A stretch of 64,000 bases of DNA from an uncultured cyanobacterium (lineage in GTDB: Bacteria; Cyanobacteriota; Cyanobacteriia; Cyanobacteriales; Nostocaceae), in the NCBI GenBank assembly GCA_963740315.1, contig CAVUDP010000004.1:96001-160000 (forward strand), written 5' to 3'. Positions 9,866 to 18,777 of the stretch are shown here, in pieces (positions within the stretch are counted from its first letter, which is position 1; each line of letters begins with the position of its first letter). The position numbers and the translations under genes were made by a program. The notes under the pieces were generated by a model. It did not search any database, was not told the origin of the DNA, and saw only the letters and a program-made list of their open reading frames with translations.

Positions 9866-12217
9866 TTAAAGAGGCGAGTTTTTTGTTTGAATTTCAAAGC
9901 TAATAATACGATTGCAAACTACCGTTGTACCTCCGAAAGCAATCATTGCAGGAACTAGGGGAACCCACAATCCTTGGGAAGTTAATAAAATGAGACTGCT
10001 ACCATATAAAATAATTATTCCGACGACCATTGCTATTGTTAAATAAATCGGTTTTCGCAAACACCAACCGATTAAACTACCAGTTACAGCCCATCCCCAA
10101 ACCCAAATTGTTTCACCACCAAGCTCCCAGTTAGATATTAAAACTCGTCCATCTAATGCAGCACTAATTAATTGACTGGTCATTTGCGCTTGCAGAATCA
10201 CTCCCGGTATATTTTTAGATTTTCCTTGGACGGTGTAGGGAGTCAAGGAATAATCTCGAAAACTTTCGGCTGTTGTGCCTATAATAACTATTTTATCTTT
10301 GAATGCTACGGGGTTTATTCCACCTGCTAGCACCTGTCCTAAAGTAACTTGTGAAATAGCTGAGGTTTGTGATGATGAACGATAGTTAAGTAAAATTTGA
10401 TGTCCTAATGCATCAATTTTTTGATATCCTGCCGTATGTGCTTCTAAAACTTTAAATTTAAGTTCCCCCAGTTGCCATGTATTCTGTTGGGGAAATTCTA
10501 AGTTAATCCCTTTATCTTGGAGGTAACGTAAAGCTAACTGTACGCTAAAAGCATAAGGAGTATTGCAAGTAGAAGCGGCAGGAGGAGTTAAAGATAAATA
10601 ATGCCGACGGACTATGTTATCCCGATCGAGAAGAATATCGCTAAAACCCAAGTTATCTGGAGAAACTTCTGGAGGTGGAGCAACACCCAATTTACCTTGA
10701 GAATTACTAACTTTACAAACTGCAAGAAACCGGCTATTCTGCATCCGTTTTGTCAATTCCGGATAATCTTTATCTACTGCATAATCTCGGTATATATCCA
10801 AACCAATAGCTGCTGGTTGATATCGCTCTAGTTTTTCTAAAAGTTTGCTAAGAGATTTGTCAGATAAGGAACCCCGTGGTTTCTCCGACTGCTGCGATCG
10901 CACATCTTCTTCTGTCACAGTGACTACCAGTAGCCGTGAGTCTGGAATCTCGGTAGGACGTAATTGCATTATTTGGTCAAATGCTTTAAGTTCGAGAGGT
11001 TGCAGCACTCCCAAATACCGCACACCCATTAACAGCCCAGTTATTGCTACACTCGCCGCTGCCATTAAACCAAACCCACGGCGATTGATAATCGTTTTAC
11101 CGTGAGTATTTTCAGGTAAAGGTGTATTAGTATTACCTGCATTTATACACAATCCCGACCAAGTTAAAGGCTCCTCAGCAGGATTTTGACAGATAACTGG
11201 TAGCCAAGTAGCGCAAGGAAATTGATTTTCCAATCCTTGTAACCTTTCCCGTGCTTCTCGTACAGATAAATATAAGGTATCTCCCCGTGCAAAGGCTTGT
11301 AAAAAATACTTCAAAAATTCCTGCGCTACTCTATCGGGTACGGGTTCTCGCATCACAATCATTTGGGGAATCTGTAAATCTACAAACTCCCGTGCTAATC
11401 CCAAACCATCACAGGAATTGAAAATCGCTAATTGTAAACCCCTCTCCACTGACTTTTTCAGGGCATACTTTAACTGAGTAATTGTTAGACTTTCAGTTTG
11501 ATTAATGTAAATTTTCCCAGTTTCATTGGGTTGAGTAGCACTGTGTCCGGCGAAAAATAAAATTTGCCAGTTCGCATCCCATAGCTTATCGGTAAGCTCT
11601 TTAGATTCTGGCTCAACTAAAAAAGTGATGTCGGCATTGGGCAACTTTTCGAGAATTGCTCGGTCTGCTTGGGTATCAATTCCTTGACTATCGCCTAAAA
11701 TAGCCAGTATTTTAACTCTTTCATTGGTAGTTGCGATCCGATTAACCTGTTCGTAAATCGGCGCACTCAAAGCGATTTCTGCCTTGGGATAGCGTTCTAG
11801 TAAATCCCATAAATGCCAAGGGAGTTTTTGTAATCGTAGGTCTTTGGTTTGTATTAGTACACGTATGTCATCATCTGGTGTGAGTTTTTCCAGCCATTTC
11901 TCGCGGATGGGATGAAAAGAATCGGAAGCAAGCCAAGTATTAAAACTTACTTTAAACACCTCCGTTACCTGTTGGCATTCTTCTAAACTAGAGGGTTGAG
12001 TAACTTGCTTTGGTAAACCTATGGGGCGAGATGGTAACTGTAAATTACGATAAATAGATTGCCATCTGTTGTAGTTGTGGTAAATTTCTGGATTCGGGGG
12101 CAGCTTGCCCGTAATTTCCACAGTTGGGCGGGCATTTTCAGTACCAATTTGTAGGGTTGCGTAAAACCCTAGCTCAAAGTCTCCCTCTTCTAACTTTAAG
12201 ATGACTAATTTGCCCAT
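9866..12217 (-). CDS. CHAT (caspase-like) protease-CHASE2 sensor membrane protein
   Basis: N-terminal CHAT (LQKLPWHLW, LFFAGHS, IFNSCDG, WLPVICQNP), a TM helix, CHASE2 (ELKAFDQIMQLRP, IGLDIYRD, DKIVIIG, PGVILQAQMTSQ) and three C-terminal TM helices. Confidence 0.9.
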   Translation of the reverse strand: MGKLVILKLEEGDFELGFYATLQIGTENARPTVEITGKLPPNPEIYHNYNRWQSIYRNLQLPSRPIGLPKQVTQPSSLEECQQVTEVFKVSFNTWLASDSFHPIREKWLEKLTPDDDIRVLIQTKDLRLQKLPWHLWDLLERYPKAEIALSAPIYEQVNRIATTNERVKILAILGDSQGIDTQADRAILEKLPNADITFLVEPESKELTDKLWDANWQILFFAGHSATQPNETGKIYINQTESLTITQLKYALKKSVERGLQLAIFNSCDGLGLAREFVDLQIPQMIVMREPVPDRVAQEFLKYFLQAFARGDTLYLSVREARERLQGLENQFPCATWLPVICQNPAEEPLTWSGLCINAGNTNTPLPENTHGKTIINRRGFGLMAAASVAITGLLMGVRYLGVLQPLELKAFDQIMQLRPTEIPDSRLLVVTVTEEDVRSQQSEKPRGSLSDKSLSKLLEKLERYQPAAIGLDIYRDYAVDKDYPELTKRMQNSRFLAVCKVSNSQGKLGVAPPPEVSPDNLGFSDILLDRDNIVRRHYLSLTPPAASTCNTPYAFSVQLALRYLQDKGINLEFPQQNTWQLGELKFKVLEAHTAGYQKIDALGHQILLNYRSSSQTSAISQVTLGQVLAGGINPVAFKDKIVIIGTTAESFRDYSLTPYTVQGKSKNIPGVILQAQMTSQLISAALDGRVLISNWELGGETIWVWGWAVTGSLIGWCLRKPIYLTIAMVVGIIILYGSSLILLTSQGLWVPLVPAMIAFGGTTVVCNRIISFEIQTKNSPL

Positions 12218-12288
12218 AAATCGTTTTTCACAGATGCCGATGTATCGCCCTTTGACAGCTAATAGAAATGGTATTGAACTTCCGTAAT

Positions 12289-12912
12289 CTATCTTGGTAT
12301 CGATCCGTATATAGCTCCAATACTATCAATCAAATTTGCCGATTTACCATGAAAACCAACTATAGCTTCACCTTTAGGTGCTGTATATGTAGATTCTCTA
12401 TTTCCACCACGACCACCACAGCGGGTCCAATTTATTATCTTGTCAGTACCTTTTCGTGCTAATCCGAATGCAACACTGTCAACTACATTACCGTGTTTTA
12501 CCTTCATAGTCTTAATATATTCATTGGAATTAATCCTTACCGGACAGGTATATCCACCAAAGCCACCTGTTTTTAATTCTGTACCACTGCTATATTTAAC
12601 CTTAATTCCATCAACCACATTTCCCGCAAAGATTGTTATACCTGTTATTTGATTGTCGTTACCATTTTTAATCCTAAAATTTCGACCACCATTTCCCCCA
12701 CTCTGGGAAATAAGAAAAGAATTTGTTGGGGCACCTAATGATACTGCTTCTTTATTTTTTTCTAATTTAAATTCAGTTTTTGAATTATTAGTAGAAGATG
12801 ATTTTTGTGCAACTGCACTATCAATAAATATCATTCCTGCTAACATCGAAACCAAAGTTGCACCACCGAACAAAGCGTTGCGTACATTTCTTCTTTTTGT
12901 TGTGAAGTTCAT
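12289..12912 (-). CDS. Secreted jacalin-like (beta-prism I) lectin
   Basis: Signal peptide ending AVAQ; SGGNGG..F, VVDGIKV, GGFGG, EYIKTM, VVDSVAF, CGGRGG, IVGFHGKSANLIDSIGAIY. Confidence 0.8.
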   Translation of the reverse strand: MNFTTKRRNVRNALFGGATLVSMLAGMIFIDSAVAQKSSSTNNSKTEFKLEKNKEAVSLGAPTNSFLISQSGGNGGRNFRIKNGNDNQITGITIFAGNVVDGIKVKYSSGTELKTGGFGGYTCPVRINSNEYIKTMKVKHGNVVDSVAFGLARKGTDKIINWTRCGGRGGNRESTYTAPKGEAIVGFHGKSANLIDSIGAIYGSIPR

Positions 12913-13139
12913 TTTTCGATTTCCTTTGTATGTAAAAATTTAAAAGAGCAGAAGGTTTAGTTTGTTTACTAATCTCTCTGCATATCACTCTTTACGATGG
13001 CAAATTATTTTTATGCACCCGCCTGACAAAAATTCTTTCAAAAATCTGTAAAGTTCTTATACAGCAAGTAATTAATTCTCTATTTTTGGCTGTATAGTTT
13101 TATAGCTCATATAATAGTTAAAATAACCGGGAACATACC

Positions 13140-14333
13140 ATGCAAGCCCGACAAGGTATTGTGGAAATTTTCTCCACTTTTATAGAATTTGACGTAGATC
13201 AATTTAGTGGTTGGATAACCGACCCGAAACTGCGACGTAGTATAAAACAAAGCGTAGAACGGTCGTCAAATGATGAGTCAGATACCTTTTGGGTACTTTA
13301 TTGGTATAAAGTTTGGCACGATAGCTCCAGTTCTGTAGCACTGGCACATCTTTCTGCGTACTTACAAGAAACGTGCTACTGGAGTGCAAGAAAATTTGCC
13401 CTCAATTTTAAGAGTGATTCAACATTCCCAGACTATTTTCAAATTGCGATCGCTCATCTTGCTAAAATTCTCAAAAGTTTTAACCCCCAATACAGTTCCC
13501 ATTTAAAAAGCTATGCAGAATTAGCTTTTAAGCGGATTATTAAGGATCAGTTGCGCTTACGTCGGGAAACAGATATTTGTTCGGATGTGGCTCTATTACA
13601 TAAAATTAGTCGTAAAAGACTGGTAAAATCATTGCAAAATATGGGTTTGAACACTACTTCTATTGAAAGTTATGTTTTAGCTTGGGAATGCTTTAAGGAA
13701 CTCTACACGAGTGATAACAAAAAGATTCGCCAGCTTACTAAACCTGATGCTCGCACTTGGGAAGCTATAAAAAATCTTTATAATACAGAACGCTTAAGTC
13801 AGCTTTCATCAAGTGACTTAGTTGATTGGCAAACCATAGAAAAATGGCTATTATCTTCTGCTTCTTCAGTTCGTAATTTCCTCTATCCCAAAGTTATCTC
13901 CGCAGATTCTCCCCTCAAAGAAGGTGAAGCTAGTACTTTGTTAGATATATTGCCTGGGGATGGGGAAACATCTTTGATGGCAGAAATTATCAAACAAGAA
14001 GAAACTGCAAATATAGGTTTGCAGCAACATCAGTTAAACATTGTGTTACAGCAAGCAATAACCGCATTAGATGCTGAATCACAACAATTACTACAAGCTT
14101 ACTACGGTCAACAACTCACCCAAAAAGAAATTGCTGCACAATTAAATATTAAACAATATACTGTTTCCCGCCGGATCGCTAGTATTAAAAAGTCATTGCT
14201 GCTGACTCTCACCCAATGGAGTCAAAACACCCTGCATATTTCTCCAAAATCCGACGTAATAGATGCCATGAATACGAGCTTAGAGGAATGGTTTCAATTC
14301 CACTACAGCCATGCCAACACAAGTAAAAACTAA
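13140..14333 (+). CDS. Sigma-70-family RNA polymerase sigma factor (cyanobacterial HetZ-like group)
   Basis: Region 2-like AHLSAYLQETCYW...DYFQIAIA...FNPQ..SHLKSYA; C-terminal region 4 HTH QLLQAYYGQQLTQKEIAAQLNIKQYTVSRRI. Confidence 0.85.
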   Translation: MQARQGIVEIFSTFIEFDVDQFSGWITDPKLRRSIKQSVERSSNDESDTFWVLYWYKVWHDSSSSVALAHLSAYLQETCYWSARKFALNFKSDSTFPDYFQIAIAHLAKILKSFNPQYSSHLKSYAELAFKRIIKDQLRLRRETDICSDVALLHKISRKRLVKSLQNMGLNTTSIESYVLAWECFKELYTSDNKKIRQLTKPDARTWEAIKNLYNTERLSQLSSSDLVDWQTIEKWLLSSASSVRNFLYPKVISADSPLKEGEASTLLDILPGDGETSLMAEIIKQEETANIGLQQHQLNIVLQQAITALDAESQQLLQAYYGQQLTQKEIAAQLNIKQYTVSRRIASIKKSLLLTLTQWSQNTLHISPKSDVIDAMNTSLEEWFQFHYSHANTSKN

Positions 14334-14406
14334 AAGTTTATTTATATTTTTTGATATTTATTCTTTTTAGCTTTTACTTTTTACATTTCACTCTCGCAAT
14401 ATAATC

Positions 14407-15555
14407 ATGTTTAACTCACCTTCCCCATCTACTATTGACTCACATCAGCTACATCTGGAAATTCCCCAATTCCAGATGCAAGAACAAGCATACTCAACCC
14501 CCGGTGCTTATCAACGTGCTTGGATAAATCAACTTTGCTTGCAAGCATTTTTACCTTGGTTTAGAGAAGAAATTGACCCCAGCGCCAAAGTATACCCCAA
14601 TACTGCGGCATTACCGAGTTTTTGGGAATTAGTCGATGGTACGGCAATTACTTTTGATACATCTCGCCTACTATTAATTCCTACCCTAGCAATGGATGGG
14701 GATGAGTTACGGGTACCCCAGGAATGGGTAGATATTCCGGAGTTAGTTGCTGATTACTACATTGCAGTACAGGTAAATCCCGATGATGGTTGGATAAAAA
14801 TTTTTGGTTACACAACCCATAAAAGTCTTAAAGAAAAAGGAGTTTATGATGTTGGAGACCGGACTTACAGCCTGGAAAGAGAAGATTTAATCCAAGATAT
14901 AAATGTGTTGTGGGTTACTCGGCAAATAAATTATCCAGAAGCCTTGCGAACTCTTATTGCACCTCTAGCTTCTATTCCCCAAAGCCAAGCGTCCAATCTC
15001 TTAGAACGCTTAGGTAATCCCGATGTCAAATTTCCCCGCTTGGCTGTTCCCTTTCCACTGTGGGGATCACTGATTGCTCATGGTGGCTGGCGCAATAAAT
15101 TATACGAATTACGTCAGGGTTTACCACAGGAATGGTCAATTAGACAATGGTTACAAACAGGAGTAGCAAATTTACCTCAACAGTGGGGATGGAAAAAAAA
15201 GGAATTTGTGATGGTATCTACGGGAATGCGGAGTGGAGAAGCCGTTCAAGGTTTATCTCGGCAATTAATAATTGCGAGCGATCCATATGAGTTACGCATT
15301 TTTCCTAGTGGTAATTCTGAAAACCAGATTGTAAAGTTTGAATTGCGGAGTGCAACCCCTGGTAGCCAAATTCCGGTTGGGTTTAAGTTGCGATTGTTAA
15401 CGGAAGACTTGCAACCGTTTGAAAATAACGAAGATACGGCAATAAATCCTGTGGATATGTTGTATTTGGAAGTAATTTTAGAGCCAGGAGAAGAGTTAGT
15501 TTGGGAAACAGAACCAATTGCTGAGGATTATGAACGAGAGATTTTGCGGTTTTAA
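14407..15555 (+). CDS. DUF1822-family protein (candidate anti-sigma factor or protease substrate)
   Basis: RAWINQLCL, PSFWELVDGTAI, ELRVPQEWVDIP..ADYYIAVQVNPD..IFGYTTH; directly downstream of the sigma factor. Confidence 0.85.
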   Translation: MFNSPSPSTIDSHQLHLEIPQFQMQEQAYSTPGAYQRAWINQLCLQAFLPWFREEIDPSAKVYPNTAALPSFWELVDGTAITFDTSRLLLIPTLAMDGDELRVPQEWVDIPELVADYYIAVQVNPDDGWIKIFGYTTHKSLKEKGVYDVGDRTYSLEREDLIQDINVLWVTRQINYPEALRTLIAPLASIPQSQASNLLERLGNPDVKFPRLAVPFPLWGSLIAHGGWRNKLYELRQGLPQEWSIRQWLQTGVANLPQQWGWKKKEFVMVSTGMRSGEAVQGLSRQLIIASDPYELRIFPSGNSENQIVKFELRSATPGSQIPVGFKLRLLTEDLQPFENNEDTAINPVDMLYLEVILEPGEELVWETEPIAEDYEREILRF

Positions 15556-15733
15556 CAAGAAAAAAGATTACGATGCGGAAGGTAAAACGATCTTCTAAAG
15601 AGTACTTCTGTTATTCCACCATTGCAAAAAAAATACGATTGTCTTAAGATTCCACAACCGTATTTACCCGTAAACTAGATTCATCTGTAGGCAACCATAT
15701 TGTCCGCCGGTACTTTTTATTTGAGAGTGACTT

Positions 15734-18703
15734 ATGGTTAAAGACTTACTCGGTATATTAACAGGTACTTTAGTGGTAGGCATGGTATTCATATTCCCTA
15801 CCACTGATGCAAGGGCGCAAATCACCCTAGATGGCAGCTTGGGTTCAGGAACTTTAACCGGACCAAATTACGAGATTCCCGAATCGGTGGGAGAAGCTGT
15901 TGGGAATAATTTATTTCACAGCTTTGGTAAGTTTAATCTTAATAGTAATGAAGCGGCTATTTTTCAAAGTGCAGGTAATATCAGAAATATTTTTTCACGG
16001 GTAACTGGTGGTAGCGCTTCTTCAATTGACGGATTAATTCGCACTCTTGGTAGTGATGTGAATTTTTTCTTGATTAATCCCAGTGGAATTATTTTTGGAG
16101 AAAATGCACGGTTGGATATAACTGGTTCGTTTGTAGGGAGTACGGCGAATGCAATTCAATTTGGCGATCGCGGTTTTTTTAGCGCTACAAATCTTCAACC
16201 TCCCTCGCAGTTACTGACAATAAATCCTTCAGCATTATTTTTCAATCAAGTTCAACCAGGAAAAATAGAGAGTAAGTCAAATCTACAAGTACCAGATAGT
16301 CGTAGCTTCTTGCTAGTAGGTGGAGATATCAACCTTGATGGAGTTCTATTGAATGCTTTCGGTGGACAATTGGAGTTGGCAGGGTTAGCAGGAGATGGAA
16401 CAGTAGGGTTAAATGTTGATGGTAACGACCTGAGTTTGAGTGTACCTGATGATGTCGCAAGAGCAGATATATCGCTCACAAATGGTGCAATTATAGATGT
16501 GAGTGCTGGTAAGTCCGGCTCTATTACAGTTAATGCCAGGAATTTAGAGGTAACAAAAGGAAGTCAACTTTTGGCTGGTATCCGTTCGGGTTTGGGTACA
16601 CCAGAGGCTCAGGCAGGGGATATTACAATTAATGCCACCGATTCTGTTTTGCTCGATCGCAATGCTTCTGTGATTAACGATGTAAATTCTGAGGGGGTAG
16701 GCAATGGAGGGAGTATATCAGTTACCACTGGCTTCCTTGAAGTTACCAATGGTGGCTTCCTTCGTACCAGTACCTTTGGAAAGGGAAATGCAAGCGATAT
16801 TAATATTAATGCTACTGGCAAGGTAATATTTGATGGAGAAGATAATAATGGAAGTCCCAGTGGAACATTTGGCATTGTAGAATCTGAAGCAGTAGGTAAA
16901 GTCGGGGATATATTCATTAACACTAGCTCACTTGAAGTTACCAATGGTGCCAGTGTTGGTGCTTTTACTAGAGGAGTAGGAGATACAGGCAGCGTTACCA
17001 TTAATGCTACCGACTCGATCGCAATTGATGGGGAAAGTAAGGATGGATTTCCCAGTGAGATATTCAGTAGCGTCAACTCTAATGGAGTAGGTAAAGTTGG
17101 GGGTATATTCATTAACACTGGTTCCCTTGAAGTTACCAATGGTGCAGTACTTGATGCCAATACCTTTGGAGAAGGAGATGCAGGTAGCGTCACTATTAAT
17201 GCTACCTCCAAAGTCAGGCTTGATGGGGAAAGTAATGATGGATTTCCCAGTGTGATATCGAGCGCTGTGTTTTCTGAAGCAGTTGGGACAGCGGGGGGTG
17301 TATTAATTACCACTGACTCTCTTGAAGTTACTAACGGTGCCCAACTTAGTGCCAGTACCTTTGGAAAAGGAGATGGAGGCAGTGTCAATATTAATGCCAC
17401 CTCCAAAGTCAGGCTTATTGGGGAAAGTAAGAATGGTATAGCAAACAGTGGCGCATTCAGCCAGGTGAACCCTGGAGCAGTGGGCAATGCGGGAGGTGTA
17501 TCCATTACCACTAACTCCCTTGAAGTGACCAATGGTGCCCAAGTTAGTGTCGGTACTTTTGCAGAAGGGGATGCAGGTACTATCACTATTAATGCCTCCG
17601 ATCGAGTCAAGTTTGATGGCGAAGGTAAAGATGGATTTCCCAGTGGAGCATTCAGTAATGTACGAACTGAAGCAGTGGGAACAGCAGGAGGTATATCTAT
17701 AAATACTAACTCCCTTGAAGTTACCAATGGTGCAGTACTTAATGCCAATACCGCAAGCAGTGGAAAAGCGGGAGACATTACCTTGAATGTGAGTGAAAAT
17801 ATTACGCTGGCAGGTAGCGAAACTGGAGTTTTTGCTAGCACGAGTGAAAATTCCACGGGTAATGGTGGTAATATCGTCATCGATCCCAAAATTATGACTA
17901 TTCGAGATGGGGCGAAAATCGCTGTAGATAGCCAGGGAGTTGGGGTTGGCGGTGATATCGAACTTGCAGCAGGATTCCTCACTCTAGATAAAGGCACCAT
18001 TTCCGCCGAAACCCGCAGCAATACAGGCGGTAATATTCTCCTAAATCTGCAAGACTTATTATTACTCCGCAACGGTAGCCAAATCACCAGCACCGCTGGA
18101 AATCAAGAATTTGGTGGCGATGGCGGTAACATCAGTATCAATACTCCTTTCATTGTCGCTTTACCTCAAGAAAATAGCGATATTACAGCCAATGCCTTTA
18201 GTGGTAGCGGGGGAGGAGTTGATATTACTGCTAATGGGATTTTCGGGATTTTTCCCCAAAATAGCCCAACAAATAACAGCGATATTACAGCTAGTTCGGA
18301 ATCAGGAATCAATGGTGAAGTAAATATTAATGAATTAGATATAGATCCAAATCGCGGTTTAATTGAACTACCTACAAACTTATTTGATGCATCGCAACAA
18401 GTTGCTCAAGCTTGCACTGGCAGAGGAAGACAACAGCAAAGCAGCTTTATCGCTACCGGAAGAGGAGGATTACCACTTAGCCCCAATGAGCCTTTACGGG
18501 AACGCGCAGTCATTACAAATTGGGTTGATTTACCATCACAAATAACGGAAAGAAGAATAAATAAATTACCCACCGCATCTGCAACTAAATCTACTCCGAA
18601 AATAGTTGAAGCCCAGAAGATAATAGTCGATAAAAATGGCGAGACTTTCCTTGTAGCTGAATCTCCACAAACTCACACTCCCTCTACTATCTCCTGTAAT
18701 TAA
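15734..18703 (+). CDS. Filamentous haemagglutinin N-terminal domain (TpsA-like) exoprotein with 65-aa beta-helix repeats
   Basis: Signal peptide, QITLDGSLG, NLFHSFGKFN, NIFSRVTGG..SSIDG, LINPSGIIFG (TPS domain); six LEVTNG repeats; C-terminal FIATGRGGLP and IVEAQ motifs. Confidence 0.9.
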   Translation: MVKDLLGILTGTLVVGMVFIFPTTDARAQITLDGSLGSGTLTGPNYEIPESVGEAVGNNLFHSFGKFNLNSNEAAIFQSAGNIRNIFSRVTGGSASSIDGLIRTLGSDVNFFLINPSGIIFGENARLDITGSFVGSTANAIQFGDRGFFSATNLQPPSQLLTINPSALFFNQVQPGKIESKSNLQVPDSRSFLLVGGDINLDGVLLNAFGGQLELAGLAGDGTVGLNVDGNDLSLSVPDDVARADISLTNGAIIDVSAGKSGSITVNARNLEVTKGSQLLAGIRSGLGTPEAQAGDITINATDSVLLDRNASVINDVNSEGVGNGGSISVTTGFLEVTNGGFLRTSTFGKGNASDININATGKVIFDGEDNNGSPSGTFGIVESEAVGKVGDIFINTSSLEVTNGASVGAFTRGVGDTGSVTINATDSIAIDGESKDGFPSEIFSSVNSNGVGKVGGIFINTGSLEVTNGAVLDANTFGEGDAGSVTINATSKVRLDGESNDGFPSVISSAVFSEAVGTAGGVLITTDSLEVTNGAQLSASTFGKGDGGSVNINATSKVRLIGESKNGIANSGAFSQVNPGAVGNAGGVSITTNSLEVTNGAQVSVGTFAEGDAGTITINASDRVKFDGEGKDGFPSGAFSNVRTEAVGTAGGISINTNSLEVTNGAVLNANTASSGKAGDITLNVSENITLAGSETGVFASTSENSTGNGGNIVIDPKIMTIRDGAKIAVDSQGVGVGGDIELAAGFLTLDKGTISAETRSNTGGNILLNLQDLLLLRNGSQITSTAGNQEFGGDGGNISINTPFIVALPQENSDITANAFSGSGGGVDITANGIFGIFPQNSPTNNSDITASSESGINGEVNINELDIDPNRGLIELPTNLFDASQQVAQACTGRGRQQQSSFIATGRGGLPLSPNEPLRERAVITNWVDLPSQITERRINKLPTASATKSTPKIVEAQKIIVDKNGETFLVAESPQTHTPSTISCN

Positions 18704-18777
18704 TAATTTATTACTCAAAATCTGCGCCCCTCTGCGCCTACCTTTGTGTCCCTCTGCGTTAAAAAATCGGATTTGAT

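Noticed and set aside
16609..18093. 494-aa antisense ORF inside the FHA-like gene
   Set aside because: Shadow of the repetitive Gly/Asn/Thr-rich sense gene; it mirrors the 65-aa repeats and has no independent domain.
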